Positions 41,128-55,167 are shown, counted from the stretch's first letter. The stretch: DNA of 64,000 bases from the human T2T-CHM13v2.0 reference genome, Homo sapiens (GCF_009914755.1 NC_060928.1); one strand, 5' to 3'. Numbers and translations: made by a program. Notes: generated by a model from the sequence alone, not told the origin.

Positions 41128-43962
41128 CCTACTCTAGTTTTAAACTAGAACATGTACTTTGACTACTGCCCAGCTAGGAACTACAAAGACCACCACACTA
41201 ATCTAGGTAGAGTTAACAGCCTGAGTTTATAAGGCTAAGGAGAGAAAGAGGTTTAGCCATCCCAGAATGGTGACCAACAGGTGGCGCAAGAGCTTAAGGG
41301 GGTGTAGTGGGAGGTTAACAGGGACAAAAGGAAGATTGCCTTTCAAACCTGGGAACACTCACCATACTTTGTCTCAAAGTGGGGGCTCAGGCAGAACTAG
41401 TGAGAGTGGCCTCCTCACAGCACGGTATGTCTGTGATGGACTCTCCTCAAACCAAGACACTGGGAATCATGTCGCAAATAATTTTGGCATGATCTCATCA
41501 ATCTGATGCAAGACTTTCCTATATTAAAACCAGAAAACTAGGAAGAAATCTGATATTGTGGCCTTGTCACACGTCTAAACACAAAGATATTAGACCTGGT
41601 GTTCCCTACCTGAACACAGCAAACTTAGCAAAAACAGAAATGAGTCCTAAAGAACTAGGAGCCATCCATGTTTGGACCACATGGGTTGGTGTTAGAGAAC
41701 TGCTAGAACAAGTCCCAAAAGTCTCTACCAAGATTTATGACCTTCCTTTTCTTCACTAACTTCCCCACTGCAATTATATACTACATGGGGCATATCTCTT
41801 AAAAAGAAAAAAAATTCACTGTATTTCCAGTTTTCAAACTACGTCCAAAGACTACCTACATAATATAATCTAAACCTACACTACATAGGTAGATTTCTAG
41901 CTATGGAAGGGAAAACGCTATGTTGAGTGGAGATCTGCCCTTAAACACAAGTATAGCTCCGTTCTTCTATTCTATATTCTGGGATTGTGTGTGTACAAGA
42001 TTTTCTTTGGGGAAGGGGGACTGGGAAAGGGTTCCACTTCTAAAACAAATTATGAAAACCACTGAACTAGAATTTTTAAGGTTTGTGTGGTATGAAAAAA
42101 AGCATTGGTTCTTTTAAATCACTACTAAGTAGCTCTACACGGCTCTAAGAAAGTCTCCAGTTCCCTACACCAGAGCTATAAAATAAAGGAGGTGAATGAA
42201 ATAATTTCTCCAAAGATTCTGTCAAATCCCAGGTTTGCAATACTCCTTCAGCTAAGAAGAAAAAAAAGTTTCAGTGAATACTCTCTTCCTCTAGCACCAG
42301 AAAACTTACAAAAGAGTATCAGATTTTCCAGTGTTTTTCACTAGGAAAACATGATCTCAAAGCTACAGAATACACATGCTATTTACAACATTATTATTTA
42401 TGCTTCAAAATCTGTCCTCTGACACTAACACTTTAAAGCAATCTTTTTCTGTACTATCTTGAGAGTAAGCACAGAGAATAAGTCAGAAGGCATTTAGAGA
42501 GATGTCATTTGTTCCAATAAAAATAATGTAATGTAGGAGGTTTTCTATTAAGCCTATTCCTCTACTTCACAGTCTAATGTGAGTGATTAATATTCAACTT
42601 TTCTTTCTAACACTCCAGGGTGAGCAAAGTAAATTTTCTGTGTCATATTATTCATTTAAATGGTGGTTTATCATAATTTCTAAAAATTCTAAGTAGCAAC
42701 TACCTCCTAGGATTTATTCTCATTACAGCATTTAATTATTTTAATCTAAGACAATTAAGATATCCCTTCAAAACAAAAAACAGCCCATGTTACACTACAT
42801 AGGTAGATCTCTAGCTAACATACTGCTCTGATCATCAACCTTTTTATGAAAAGACTGAGCTCCCCTCTGCTCACAAACTAGAGCCTAAAATTCTTGGAAG
42901 CACTGACATACTTGTTTAAAAAAAAAATTATTTTTTTGCCTGGTTCATTTTCTTCAGACATACTTCTTAAAATGTTTGCTATAAGATCAATTATAACTTT
43001 CTTAGAAAAACACCAAATTCAACTATTATGTTTTTCTTTTATAATAATCTAAATTTTTAGCTCAATAACTGCAGTTCTTTGCTACAATTAGTTTATTGCA
43101 AAATGTTAAGCTTAGAATTTCACAATCTTCTAAGTAAAATCCAATAAAACAAATCAGAATAACTACTGTTAAATAAGAATAAATAGCCATATAAAGGGAA
43201 AGTAGGTTCATGAGTCTTTTATGGATTCAGGTGGCAGGAAAATGGTCTGCAGCAGATCTAAACTCGGTAAGTTCTATTTGGTGACATGAATAGAACCAGT
43301 AAGCCTTCTCTCAAAGTAGTTGCTAACATACAGCACTCTCACCAACTTTCCATTTGAATGAGAATTTTCTCCACTGAACCTTTACATTTTACTTAGGTAG
43401 TTGATAATTTATCAACCTATACATTTTATAATAATCTGTAGATACAAGTTACAAACTAATCTTAGGTAATAATGGAACTGCCAGGGAAAAACCTCTTTCA
43501 GAAAAGTGGCTTCTACCTGCCAGTTTGGTATAAATACTTCACTTACTAGCCAACAATAAATTATTTGCTTGTCTAAAAAGCAACTTATTCTAATTTTTGT
43601 TCCTGACATCCGTTATAAAATGAGTGAAGTAAAGAAGTACTACATTAAAACCTACAGATGTAGCTAGGAAGTTTCTTTACAAAAAACTAAAGGACAATAT
43701 GGTATTGACAATCTTATGAACATTTTAGAATTCTTAAAAATAAGAGAAATGGTTAAAAGGAATTTTAAAAATACTATATAAGTTTTATATGAAAAAAAGA
43801 GATCACCTAGCCCGTAAATTTAAAATATATACTTTACTCTTGTCTACTCTTAAGAATGGTTTGCCATTACAACATGAGAAATGTCTTTTAGTTTGGTAAC
43901 TCTATGTATTCCAATAATAGAAAAACTTAAAAAGAACACTATTTAATTAGACTGACACCTAC

Positions 43963-44193
43963 CTGTGCTTTCTGAAGCAGTTCAATTGTAAGAGAAAGCC
44001 AATCAGGAATGAGTTTCTCCATTTCCAGACTAACCATGGCCAGAGCAAGCATGGATCCTCTGAATTGCAGAAGTTGGTTGCAGGCCATACAGTGAAGTAG
44101 TTGCTTGGTAAGGACTGCCAAATGTTGAGATGGGCTCAATTTGGGCAAACTGAAAAGTAACTGAGGCCTAGTTGACACTGCAATGGCATGGAA
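43963..44193 (-). CDS. CCNI: Cyclin I exon 6
   Basis: ttttcag|TTCCAT and CAG|gtaggt; 231 nt; FHAIAVSTRPQLLFSLPKLSPSQHL...LLQKAQ. Confidence 0.96.
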
Positions 44194-44273
44194 CTGAAAA
44201 TCACAAGAACATCATTTTAACTTTATTTAAATATCTGGGAAATTACATATAGAAATTGATGCAACCTATTCAA

Positions 44274-44580
44274 TTTCTTTTTTTTTTTTTTTTTGAGACA
44301 GAGTCTCACTCTGTTGCCCAGGCTGGAGTGCAGTAGCATGATCTCAACTCACTGCAACATCCGCCTCCTGGATTCAAGCAATTCTCCTGCCTGCCTCAGC
44401 ATCCTGAGTAGCTGCGATTACAGGCGCCTGCCACCATGCCCGGCTAATTTTTGTATTTTTAGTAGAGACAGGGTTTCACCATGTTGGCCAGGCTGGTCTC
44501 AAATTCCTGACCTCAAGTGATCCGCCTGCCTCAGCCTCTCAAAGTGCTGGGATTACAGGCGTGAGCCACCGCGCCCAGCC
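44274..44580 (-). mobile_element. AluS element (CCNI intron 5)
   Basis: TSD aacctattcaatttct. Confidence 0.95.
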
Positions 44581-44775
44581 TAACCTATTCAATTTCTAAG
44601 TCTGCGAATTAAGCTTCAGTGATATGACATATATACTAATTTATAATTTTTCCTTGGATATCAAGTTTTCTTTTTCCTATTTCCAGTACAAAATAAATGA
44701 GTAGGCAATCTATTTTTTAATTTACTGAAAACTACACACTCAAATAAGAAACTAAAAGACTTCAGGTATATTTAC

Positions 44776-44916
44776 AATATGAAGAAAATCCAATGGTGTG
44801 GCTGTGTGAAGATCCCAATTCAACTTATCCAGAATAATTCTCTCCATTCTCAAAATTTCAGATGAGGAACATCCACAGAAACTGTCTCTTGCCAATACCT
44901 TTAGTACTGGAATTCT
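44776..44916 (-). CDS. CCNI: Cyclin I exon 5
   Basis: ggatag|AGAATT and ATT|gtaaat; 141 nt; [47 protein letters not shown]. Confidence 0.96.
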
Positions 44917-45062
44917 CTATCCAAAGCAAAGGGGAACAGGGACAGGGAGAAAAGGACAGAAAAGAAACTCATTTATGATTTTTGTTTTAGCAAACGAAGC
45001 AAGTTAATAAATGTGGAGAGAAATTTTCACGGAAGAAACATTATCTTGAAAGGATTTATTAC

Positions 45063-45137
45063 CTCATCTTCCTCAACAGTCTTGGCAGCTAGGAAAAAAC
45101 AGCTGATTGCAATACAACTCAAGTATTTTGGATGAGC
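45063..45137 (-). CDS. CCNI: Cyclin I exon 4
   Basis: tttag|GCTCAT and GAG|gtaata; 75 nt; AHPKYLSCIAISCFFLAAKTVEEDE. Confidence 0.96.
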
Positions 45138-45400
45138 CTAAAATTTTGAAGAGGGAAAAAGCAACTTTAGTGATTTTTCAAAAACAATTTAACTTTTTGT
45201 AACTGTTTTAAAAACCTAGATATGCAGATGAGACAGGTATACACAAAATACTATGGAATTCAATTAATGTGACTGCCACTCATTACTTTTTAGATCAGAG
45301 CTAACTTTAAGAACAGGAAAGAAAGTTTATTAAAAAGCTTTAGAGCAGTAATGAAAGGAAGGAAAGTACACTTGCAAGATCAAGTGTGTCTAGAGCTAAC

Positions 45401-45703
45401 TTTTTTTTTTTTTTTTTTTTGAGAGGGAGTCTTGGCCTGTCGCCCAGGCTGCAGTGCAGTGGCACGATGTCAGCTCAGTGCAAGCTCCGCCTCCTGGGTT
45501 CATGCCATTCTCCTGCCTCAGCCTCCCAAGTAGCTGCTACTACAACGCCCGCCACCACGCCCAGCTAATTTTTTTTTGTATTTTTAGTAGAGACGGGGGT
45601 TTCACTGTGTTAGCCAGGATGGTCTCATCTCCTGACCTCGTGATCTGCCCGCCTCGGCCTCCCAAAGTGCTGGGATTACAGGCGTCAGCCACCGTGCCCG
45701 GCC
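45401..45703 (-). mobile_element. AluY-like element (CCNI intron 3)
   Basis: TSD agagctaact. Confidence 0.93.
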
Positions 45704-46883
45704 TGAGAGCTAACTGTTAGCATTACAATCCTAGCCATATGATATTCTACAAAAATAATATCAATTCCATTGCTCAAAGTTCAACCAAAGCCAATTAACC
45801 AAAGTTCATTTCTATCCAGCAGAAAAAAAGCTTGATTTAGAAGTTTTTAATAAATAATATTCCCAAAATTAAAAAATTTTTTGTGTATGTAAACATTTTT
45901 TAAAGCTAATTGCTTGCAATCTGGGATATCTGAAAAATGCCTACTTTTATCTCAGCAACAAGTCCACATCACTCCTCCCTCCCTCTCTACATCTAACCTA
46001 CTTTTCACAGATAATTCCACAGAAAGATGAGTTTAAAGTTAGTGTCCTTTCTTGGACAGTACATTTTTCAAAAATTATTAGTGAACACATTGTTGTAGTT
46101 TCTATCATGAGTTTCTTGCTGTGTTTATTAAACATTTGAAACAAAGTTGGAGAAATTTGTGGAACAATTAGAGAATTTTGCCAAATATCTCATTTTTTCA
46201 TATTTCTTATTTATTGGGTCCTGTCATGTTTAGTAAGTGTCTTAAGAGTAGAAGTTTGAGCAGCTATTCAGTCTTACACTCCGTAATTATTTGGCTTCTA
46301 TTCTGTATACCTAATAAAGCATTTAATTGACAGTTCCCCCAGTTTACATATTCTTTTGCATACTAATGCCTACAAGTTTAAATACTATGCTACTTTTTCA
46401 TGCCTTGCCATTAAATAAATGCTCATTTTCTGCTTTAAATATGTTGAGGGCCTATTTACTAACTTGACACAGCCAATGACATGGCAATGGGGACAATATA
46501 AAACCTAATTATTTGTATGCTGTCATTCAACAAAAATATACCAAAGTTGCTTTATGACATCTTGTTATATACCAAAGTAAGCCCGTAGAAAGCACTTTGT
46601 TTTTCAGAAAGCCACACAGTATGGATATTCAATAAGTAGTGACAGAGAAAAACGTGCAATAGGCTTATACTTTATTCTAGTCTGATTCCTTGTCCACCTC
46701 TGTACACCAATATGTTAGAAAATGACTAAGTATTCTGCTGATGCTATACGGTTTGTGCTAAAATCAAGAGATAAAAAATTTCATAGGCTAAAAAGTTATG
46801 AATACTTGTAACAAAAAGAAAATTACAGAATACTATTAGAAACACTTCCAAAAACACTTCTGCTTTTTAAACAATAGTAGAAA

Positions 46884-47153
46884 GCCGGGAGTGGTGGCTC
46901 ATGCCTGTAATCCCAGCACTTTGGGAGGCCAAGGCAGGCTGATGACTTGACGTCGGGAGTTCAAGACCAGCCTGGCCAACACGGCAAAACCCTGTCTCTA
47001 CTAAAAATACAAAAATTAGACTGGCATGGTGGCACGTGTCTGCAGTCCCAACTACTTGGGAGGCTGAGGCACAAAAATTGCTTGAACCCAGGAGGCAGAC
47101 ACACTCCAGCCAGGGCAACAGAGCAAAACTATCAAAAAATAAAAATAAAATAA
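46884..47153 (+). mobile_element. AluS element (CCNI intron 3)
   Basis: TSD aaacaatag(t/c)agaa; small internal deletion. Confidence 0.9.
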
Positions 47154-47316
47154 ACAATAGCAGAAGACATCACCATGTCTTCTTATGGGTACATACATCA
47201 TTCTCCAGCAAAGTTCTCCACTTCTTTCTACCTTACAGAATGTTCACTAATAGCCTCTAGTTTAGCATACATACACTCAAATGAGGTTATATGTAAGTCT
47301 ATCTTAAAACACTTAC

Positions 47317-47445
47317 CTTTACGGTAGCTAAAAACCTATCCAAAAGACTGCTAGCCAGAGCAAATGTTTCTGGGTAAAGGTTGAATTGGTACTTGAGTTT
47401 GGCCAGCCATTGAATTACTTCATCTCTCTGGGATGGAGAAACATT
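47317..47445 (-). CDS. CCNI: Cyclin I exon 3 (cyclin box)
   Basis: tatag|AATGTT and AAG|gtaagt; 129 nt; NVSPSQRDEVIQWLAKLKYQFNLYPETFALASSLLDRFLATVK. Confidence 0.96.
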
Positions 47446-47846
47446 CTATAAGGGAACAATTTTGAAAACAGAAGACAAAGTTTGAGCTATCATCAAGAGT
47501 ATGTTTAGAATTCTCTCTCATAAAAGGTTAGGTAATACTACAAAATATATTTAAAAATGTTAAGGTTATTCAAAATCTATCAGACTTGAGACACATGAAA
47601 TAAAACTTTATGTATTATCACATTTAATATCAATATCCAATATTCTCCTACTCTTTATTAAAATTTTCACTATGTCATCTCACCAAATATCCATAGTTGA
47701 ATTAAATTTAGGTGCTCAGAGAATATAACATTTTAAAGTTTAAGTAACACTATTATCAACTGATAGTAATTTGGAGTTGTTACCCCACCTCTTAAGATTA
47801 AGAAAATACAGTGAATTTCTCCCGCAGCAAGTAGCCATTAACTTAT

Positions 47847-48479
47847 CTTAGGAAATATAAATGAACTATGATAATGGAAATGATAGCCCATTTGAAAAAC
47901 TAAAATCAATAGTAATAAGTAAAAGATACCAGGGACAACAGATGAATTATACACTTAGAGATGATGAAAAAATATTGAACAGGAAATTAATCTGAAGTAA
48001 ATTACTATTTTGAAAAATTTCCACAAACACAAAACATTATTGTTTTATTGTTGTTGTAAGCCTATTGAGTATAAGCTTAATTTTTAGCAGGGACACACTT
48101 TAAAGTAATAGTGATTAGAAAACTTTTACTCTTGAGTTTTGGAGTCGCCATTAAAAAAATAAAACCGGTTGTTTATTTTGGGAACATTCAGTATTCTCCT
48201 TACAGCTCTTTCAAACTGTAGTTTCAAACAGTTTGAAAGAGCTGTAAGGAGAATACTCAAATAATATGTAGGAAGATTAAAACAACAATGTTTTGTGTTT
48301 GTGGAAAGCTTTCAAAATAGTCATTTACTTCAGGTTGATTTCCTGTTCAATATTTTTTTTCATCATCTCTAAATGTATAATTCATCTGTTGCCCCTGGTA
48401 ACTTTCACTTATTAATATTGATTTCAGTTTTTTAAATGGGCTATCATTCTGTTATCATAGTTCATTTGTATTTCCTAAG
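47847..48479. repeat. Nested inverted repeat: about 200 bp arms (47847-48047 / 48278-48479) enclosing a perfect 30 bp hairpin (48190-48257)
   Basis: manual reverse-complement alignment gives about 90% arm identity; inner stem 30/30 with 8 nt loop. Confidence 0.95.
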
Positions 48480-49276
48480 TTAACCATAGTAAGCCTACAA
48501 TGGTATGGAACACTAGAAGTTATTCCTCATATCTAGCTGTAATTCTGTATCCAGGCTACTTTAAGATCTAGTTCTGGACTAAGGATCCATAAAAATCCCT
48601 GAGAACCAAGTAAAGCCAATCACAAGACTTCTGGATGAAGAGTTAAGCATTCAAGAGAAATTAAATTCCTATCAAGATGAGCTTTTATCCAAAATGCCAC
48701 AACAAATAAGGAAAAGTAATGTTAACTAAGCCAGCCAAACACATCAACAAGGAAATAAATTCCCAGGAGAGGTAGGTGATGTTATAATCTGATGAAACTG
48801 GGAAGGCTTTTAGGGAGATGAAAGGAACGATGACTTACAGTAGCTATGAAAACAAGAACACCATTAACTCTAACCTTCAGTTAGAGATACAATGTGGGGT
48901 ATGGGAGAAAAAAAAAATCCCTGAATGACAGATTACATTAAATAATGTCACTATTTGGTGTTTGGCATTAAACAATAACAGAAACATACAATTGTAAGAA
49001 GAATCACAAAGGTAACATACAAAAAAAGAGAATACAGTTATATGGAGATTATCATATAGTTATAACTAAATGACATAACTAATGTAAAGCATATATATGG
49101 AATGCAAACGTACTCAAATATTAGTTCTCCTTTCCCACCTCTAAACTACCCAATTCTCTAATAATGTCAGAAAAACAAATTTACAAAACATTATCTATGA
49201 AGTTATTTTAAACACTGTTAACAATTAGTCATGAAAGAAATCATGACAATATCTTTGAACTTTAATATTCCATATA

Positions 49277-49865
49277 CTTTTTGAGACAGGGTCTTGCTCT
49301 GTCACCCAGGCTGGAGTACAGTGGCACAACCATGGCACACTGCAGCCTCGACCTCCCAGCCCCAAGTGATCCTCCCACCTCAGCATCCTGAAGTAGCTAG
49401 GACCAGAGGTACGTGCCACCAGGCCCGGCTAATTTTTTTTTTTTTTTTGAGATGGAGTCTCGCTCTGTCACCCAGGCTGGAGTGCAGTGGTTCAATCTCA
49501 GTTCACTGCAGCCTCCGCCTCCTAGGTTCAAGCAATTCTCCCTGCCTCAGCCTCCCAAGTAGCTGGGATTACAGGCTTGTGCCATCACGCCTGGCTAATT
49601 TTTGTATTTTTAGTAGAGATGGGGTTTCGCCATGTTGGCCAGGCTGGTCTCAAATCCCTGACCTCAAGTGATCTACCCATCTCAGCCTCCCAAAGTGCTG
49701 GGATTACAGACGTGAGCCACTGCGCCCGGCCTAATTTTACTTTTTTGTAGAGACGAGGTCTCACTATGTTACCCAGGCTGGTCTTCAACTCCCAGGCTCA
49801 AGTAATCCTCCCACCTCGGCCTCCCAAAGTGTTGGGATTACAGGTGTAAGCCACTATGTTTGGCC
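49277..49865 (-). mobile_element. AluJ with nested AluS (about 49433-49731) in its central A-rich linker
   Basis: right arm, full younger Alu, left arm; outer TSD ccatatac, inner ctaatttt. Confidence 0.9.
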
Positions 49866-50464
49866 CATATACCGGATAGTAAAATTTAACAACAGGGCCA
49901 AGAAAAGCATTCCTGCATAGCCAATGTTATCATCACTAGCCAAAACCAGCAATAATTTTTTTAAAATCCAAAAGATAACAGTTTAAGAAGACTCAATTTA
50001 ACTGAAGTAATACTGAGTCTAAGGTCACTTTTTCAAATCAATTCAAATATGTACTAAACAGTAATATCATCATGACAGCATTACAAATAGTAAGTTCTGC
50101 GCCTAATTCATTTCATTCCTATTCCTCTAAAATAAAGAATGAGAGAGAAAAAGAAAAAGCCCAAAACAGTATTTCCTGATTCCATCAGGTGAACTGTTTC
50201 TCATATGGACTGCTTAAATAGGATTAGAAGGATTCAGTAGTTGAACAAATAATCCTAAAGAGAATTTATAATGGATTGATCAAACATGGTAAAATATAGA
50301 CTGCTATTAATATATATTCTGTATATATATTATATTCCACATGCTGCTAGTCTTCTCCTTAAAATATACAACCTCCCCAGCTTTAAACTCTAAAAGGTTC
50401 ACCATTACCTAAAAGATTAAGTACAATTCCCCAGCATGGCATACAAATCTATGACCTACCTCTT

Positions 50465-50774
<310 letters not shown>

Positions 50775-51098
50775 TATGACCTACCTCTCTAACCTCGGAC
50801 ATCTTCCATCACTTTCTGTCTTAAACTTCATGCTGTAATAGTAACTTCTACTGATGATCCTTCCTTGCCCCTGGTATTTTACGTTACTGCTCCTTTGTTC
50901 ATATTGCTCCTACTGACTGGAACGCACTCCCTTCTCTATCTCACCTGCCTTATTATGTATCTCTTGAGAGCTATTTTGATGTTACTCCCCGCCAGATACT
51001 TTTCCTGATAATTCAAGTTGGGCTGAGTACCTTCCTATGTTCCCACAGCATCTCATTACACCTGTTAAACGTTCAACATTTTTTTAAAAATTAAATTT

Positions 51099-51383
51099 CT
51101 GGGCATGGCTCACAATTGTAATCCCAGTACTGTAGGGGGCCAAGGCAGGAAAACTGCTTGAGCCCAGGAGTTTGAAACTAGCCTGGGTAACACAGTGAGA
51201 CTTCATCTCCACAAATAAAAAAATTAGGCATGGTGGTGCGTGCCTGTTACCTCAGCTACTTGGGAGGCTGAGGTGGGAGGATCACTTGAGCCTGGGAAAT
51301 AGAGGCTGTAGTGAACTGTGATGGAGCCACTGCACCCCAGCCTGGGCAACAGAGCAAGACCCTGTCTCAGAAAAAAAAAAAAA
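51099..51383 (+). mobile_element. AluJ-like element
   Basis: TSD aaaaattaaattt. Confidence 0.9.
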
Positions 51384-52218
51384 ATTAAATTTTTCCTTTT
51401 GGCTTTGATGAAGTAGGAAGCAGCAAATCTAAACTCCAGTTGAGAATGACTAGAAAAGCTGTTAACAACCTCTTTTTAAGATTCCTTAGAGTTCTAAAAT
51501 TCTACTGAAAATCATCTGTATATCAACAATTTGTGGCAGGGTTTTATCTTTGTAAATCAAAAGCACTTTGGCAAAATAAATTGAGAACATCTGAAAGTAT
51601 GTGCCACTTTGACCAGTTTCAATGTTTTCCCCAAATTCATGTAACAAAATTATCATGAACTTGAAAGTACTATTACATAATATAAAAGAAGTTCTCTGCA
51701 AGTGCCAAGAACACAGTAAGGTACCTGAATGAATCATAAAGAAATGATAATCACCATTCACTTAAATGCTTACTTTGAGTCTATTATATGCAAGTAAACA
51801 AAAATGACACCACCATACCCCTCAGGGAAACTCACAGTCAAATCACCAGAAAATTATAATACTTTGTGCTGTCATAAGGGAAGCAGAGTGTGGCAGAAAC
51901 ACATAGAAGGTGAGTGACAGCTGCATAATATTCTTGCCTGACCACACTGTCCTAAATTTGGGGATAGGGGATGCAAATTAAACAAGAATTATGTGAGAGA
52001 CTGACTTCAAAATATAGTTGGGGCAGGGGGGAAGTTAGAAGGAAACTGGAGGAAAAAGGCATAAGAGAAAGCTTAAAAATATCTTACTTTTCCATTTTTA
52101 CCAACACTTCAAAACCAAATTAGAAAAGTCAGAGCAACAGTGGAAAGGGAGGTAAAAAAAAAAAAAAAAAAAGCCAGTCCCTTAGAGGAAAATAAGAGTT
52201 AGAACTAGAATAGAGAAG

Positions 52219-52533
<315 letters not shown>

Positions 52534-52765
52534 TTACCCTGGCAAGCAACTCAAGCCCCTATAGCCTTTTACCCCTATTCTTAACTCCTATCCCCACCAG
52601 ACCAAGGCCACCCAAATTTTACAAGTATTAAATATGGCTTCTACTTGGCATTACTAAAGGCAAATCCTTAAGAAGTGGATCTCTCTCAGAAGTTCTGATA
52701 CTATTCTGTTCTCTGGTATTACCACACCAGTATTCATTAAATCACCTACAGAAATAGGCCAGATT

Positions 52766-53068
<303 letters not shown>

Positions 53069-53370
53069 TCAGATTATTTGGTAATATAGCAATATACTAC
53101 AATCTAGGTAGAATATCACCTTCAAAGACCAGGCTGTAAAAATATATTATTGTTGGTTACATGCTGACTTAAGGAGATAGCAGGAGGAGGAAAGGAATGG
53201 TCCTACAAGCAGCTATAAAAAAGTTTTGAGGCTCACTAGAATGTCACAACATAAGGGCAGGAATTTATTTTCTCCTGTTGTATCCCCAATACCTAGAATA
53301 GTGCCTAGAGTATAGCAGATACTCAGCAGACATTTGCTAAATGACTTGAATTCCCAACTAATCTAAAAAT

Positions 53371-53382
53371 CACACATGCGCG

Positions 53383-53428
<46 letters not shown>
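53371..53428. repeat. (GC)7(AC)n alternating purine-pyrimidine tract
   Basis: seen directly. Confidence 0.92.
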
Positions 53429-53432
<4 letters not shown>

Positions 53433-53477
53433 ATCACAGGAAGAGGACTACCTTAGGAAAAGGATCGAATTATAATT

Positions 53478-53785
<308 letters not shown>

Positions 53786-54622
53786 AAATTATCATTCTAT
53801 TACTTATTAAAGTCTTGAGCAAATTGGGACTACTGAGTACTTTTTCAAAGAATTAAATGAGATATTAAATGAGATAGCATATATATAAACACTCCTCATT
53901 CAAGTTAACTAATCAGTTTGCAAAATGACAAGTAACAGTAAATGAAGAATGTATTTCTTTAGCTTGTGGGAAAGAATAAGTAGGAAAAATTAGAATTGAA
54001 TTAAAAAGGCATATATACTTTCAAAACCAATAAGCAAAGGATAGCCTAAAACAACACACGAGGAACTTACATATTTGCCATTCATTCACTCATGCATATT
54101 AAAAGAACATTTGACCACTATTCTATTTTCCAAGCACCATGTTAGATATTAAGGATAAAAGACATATAAGACATCTTATACAATAAACTTTTGGAGTGGA
54201 TAAAGTTCACAGTTATTTGTGAAAAATAATTATATATGACAGAAGTATAAAAATTTCTAAAAGAAAAACTATGCAGCTAACAGTAGTTAAGAGACCAGCT
54301 GGCTATCTTCTAAAAAGCTTCCAACATTGGTATTACCTTAGTAATTCACATGAACTCCTTACCGCTAATGATGAAAGAGTAGGTTTTTAGTTGACTAAAG
54401 ACAATGGTATGAAGATGTTCAGCCTCTGTGGCTAACTATAAACTATATATCTAAAGAAGGTTACTACTGTTAGTATAGATTATGATGAAAGAAAACAAAC
54501 CTAACTATTTTCCCAAAGCTGTAACTCAGATAACAACAAAACAGGTCAACAAACAAAAACAGTTAACTCTTGTTTCAGAAAGAAAAGGCCACAGCAGGAG
54601 CAGGAGTTTTTAAAAAAGAAGA

Positions 54623-54947
<325 letters not shown>

Positions 54948-55053
54948 TTAAATGGTACACACTCCTCCAATGTAGTGTCAAGATATTATTATGTATGGCA
55001 GTGGTATGTTTATTTCTAATAAAATTCATCTGTCTTAAGAGAAAAATCATTAC

Positions 55054-55167
55054 CTGATTTGAAGGCATTTTCCGCACATTCACTTTCCACATCTGTGCTT
55101 CCCTAGTGATTGCCTTTTCCAACAGGAAAGACAATCTCTGGTTTTCCAAAGGCCCTGGAAACTTCAT
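55054..55167 (-). CDS. CCNI: Cyclin I first coding exon (exon 2; 5' UTR part extends to 55210)
   Basis: ctgtag| acceptor at 55210, atcATG at 55167, CAG|gtaatg donor; MKFPGPLENQRLSFLLEKAITREAQMWKVNVRKMPSNQ. Confidence 0.96.

Noticed and set aside
46735-46765. Possible editing-complementary sequence for CCNI R75G (tatacggtttgtgcta)
   Set aside because: Complementarity too short and gapped to support without folding
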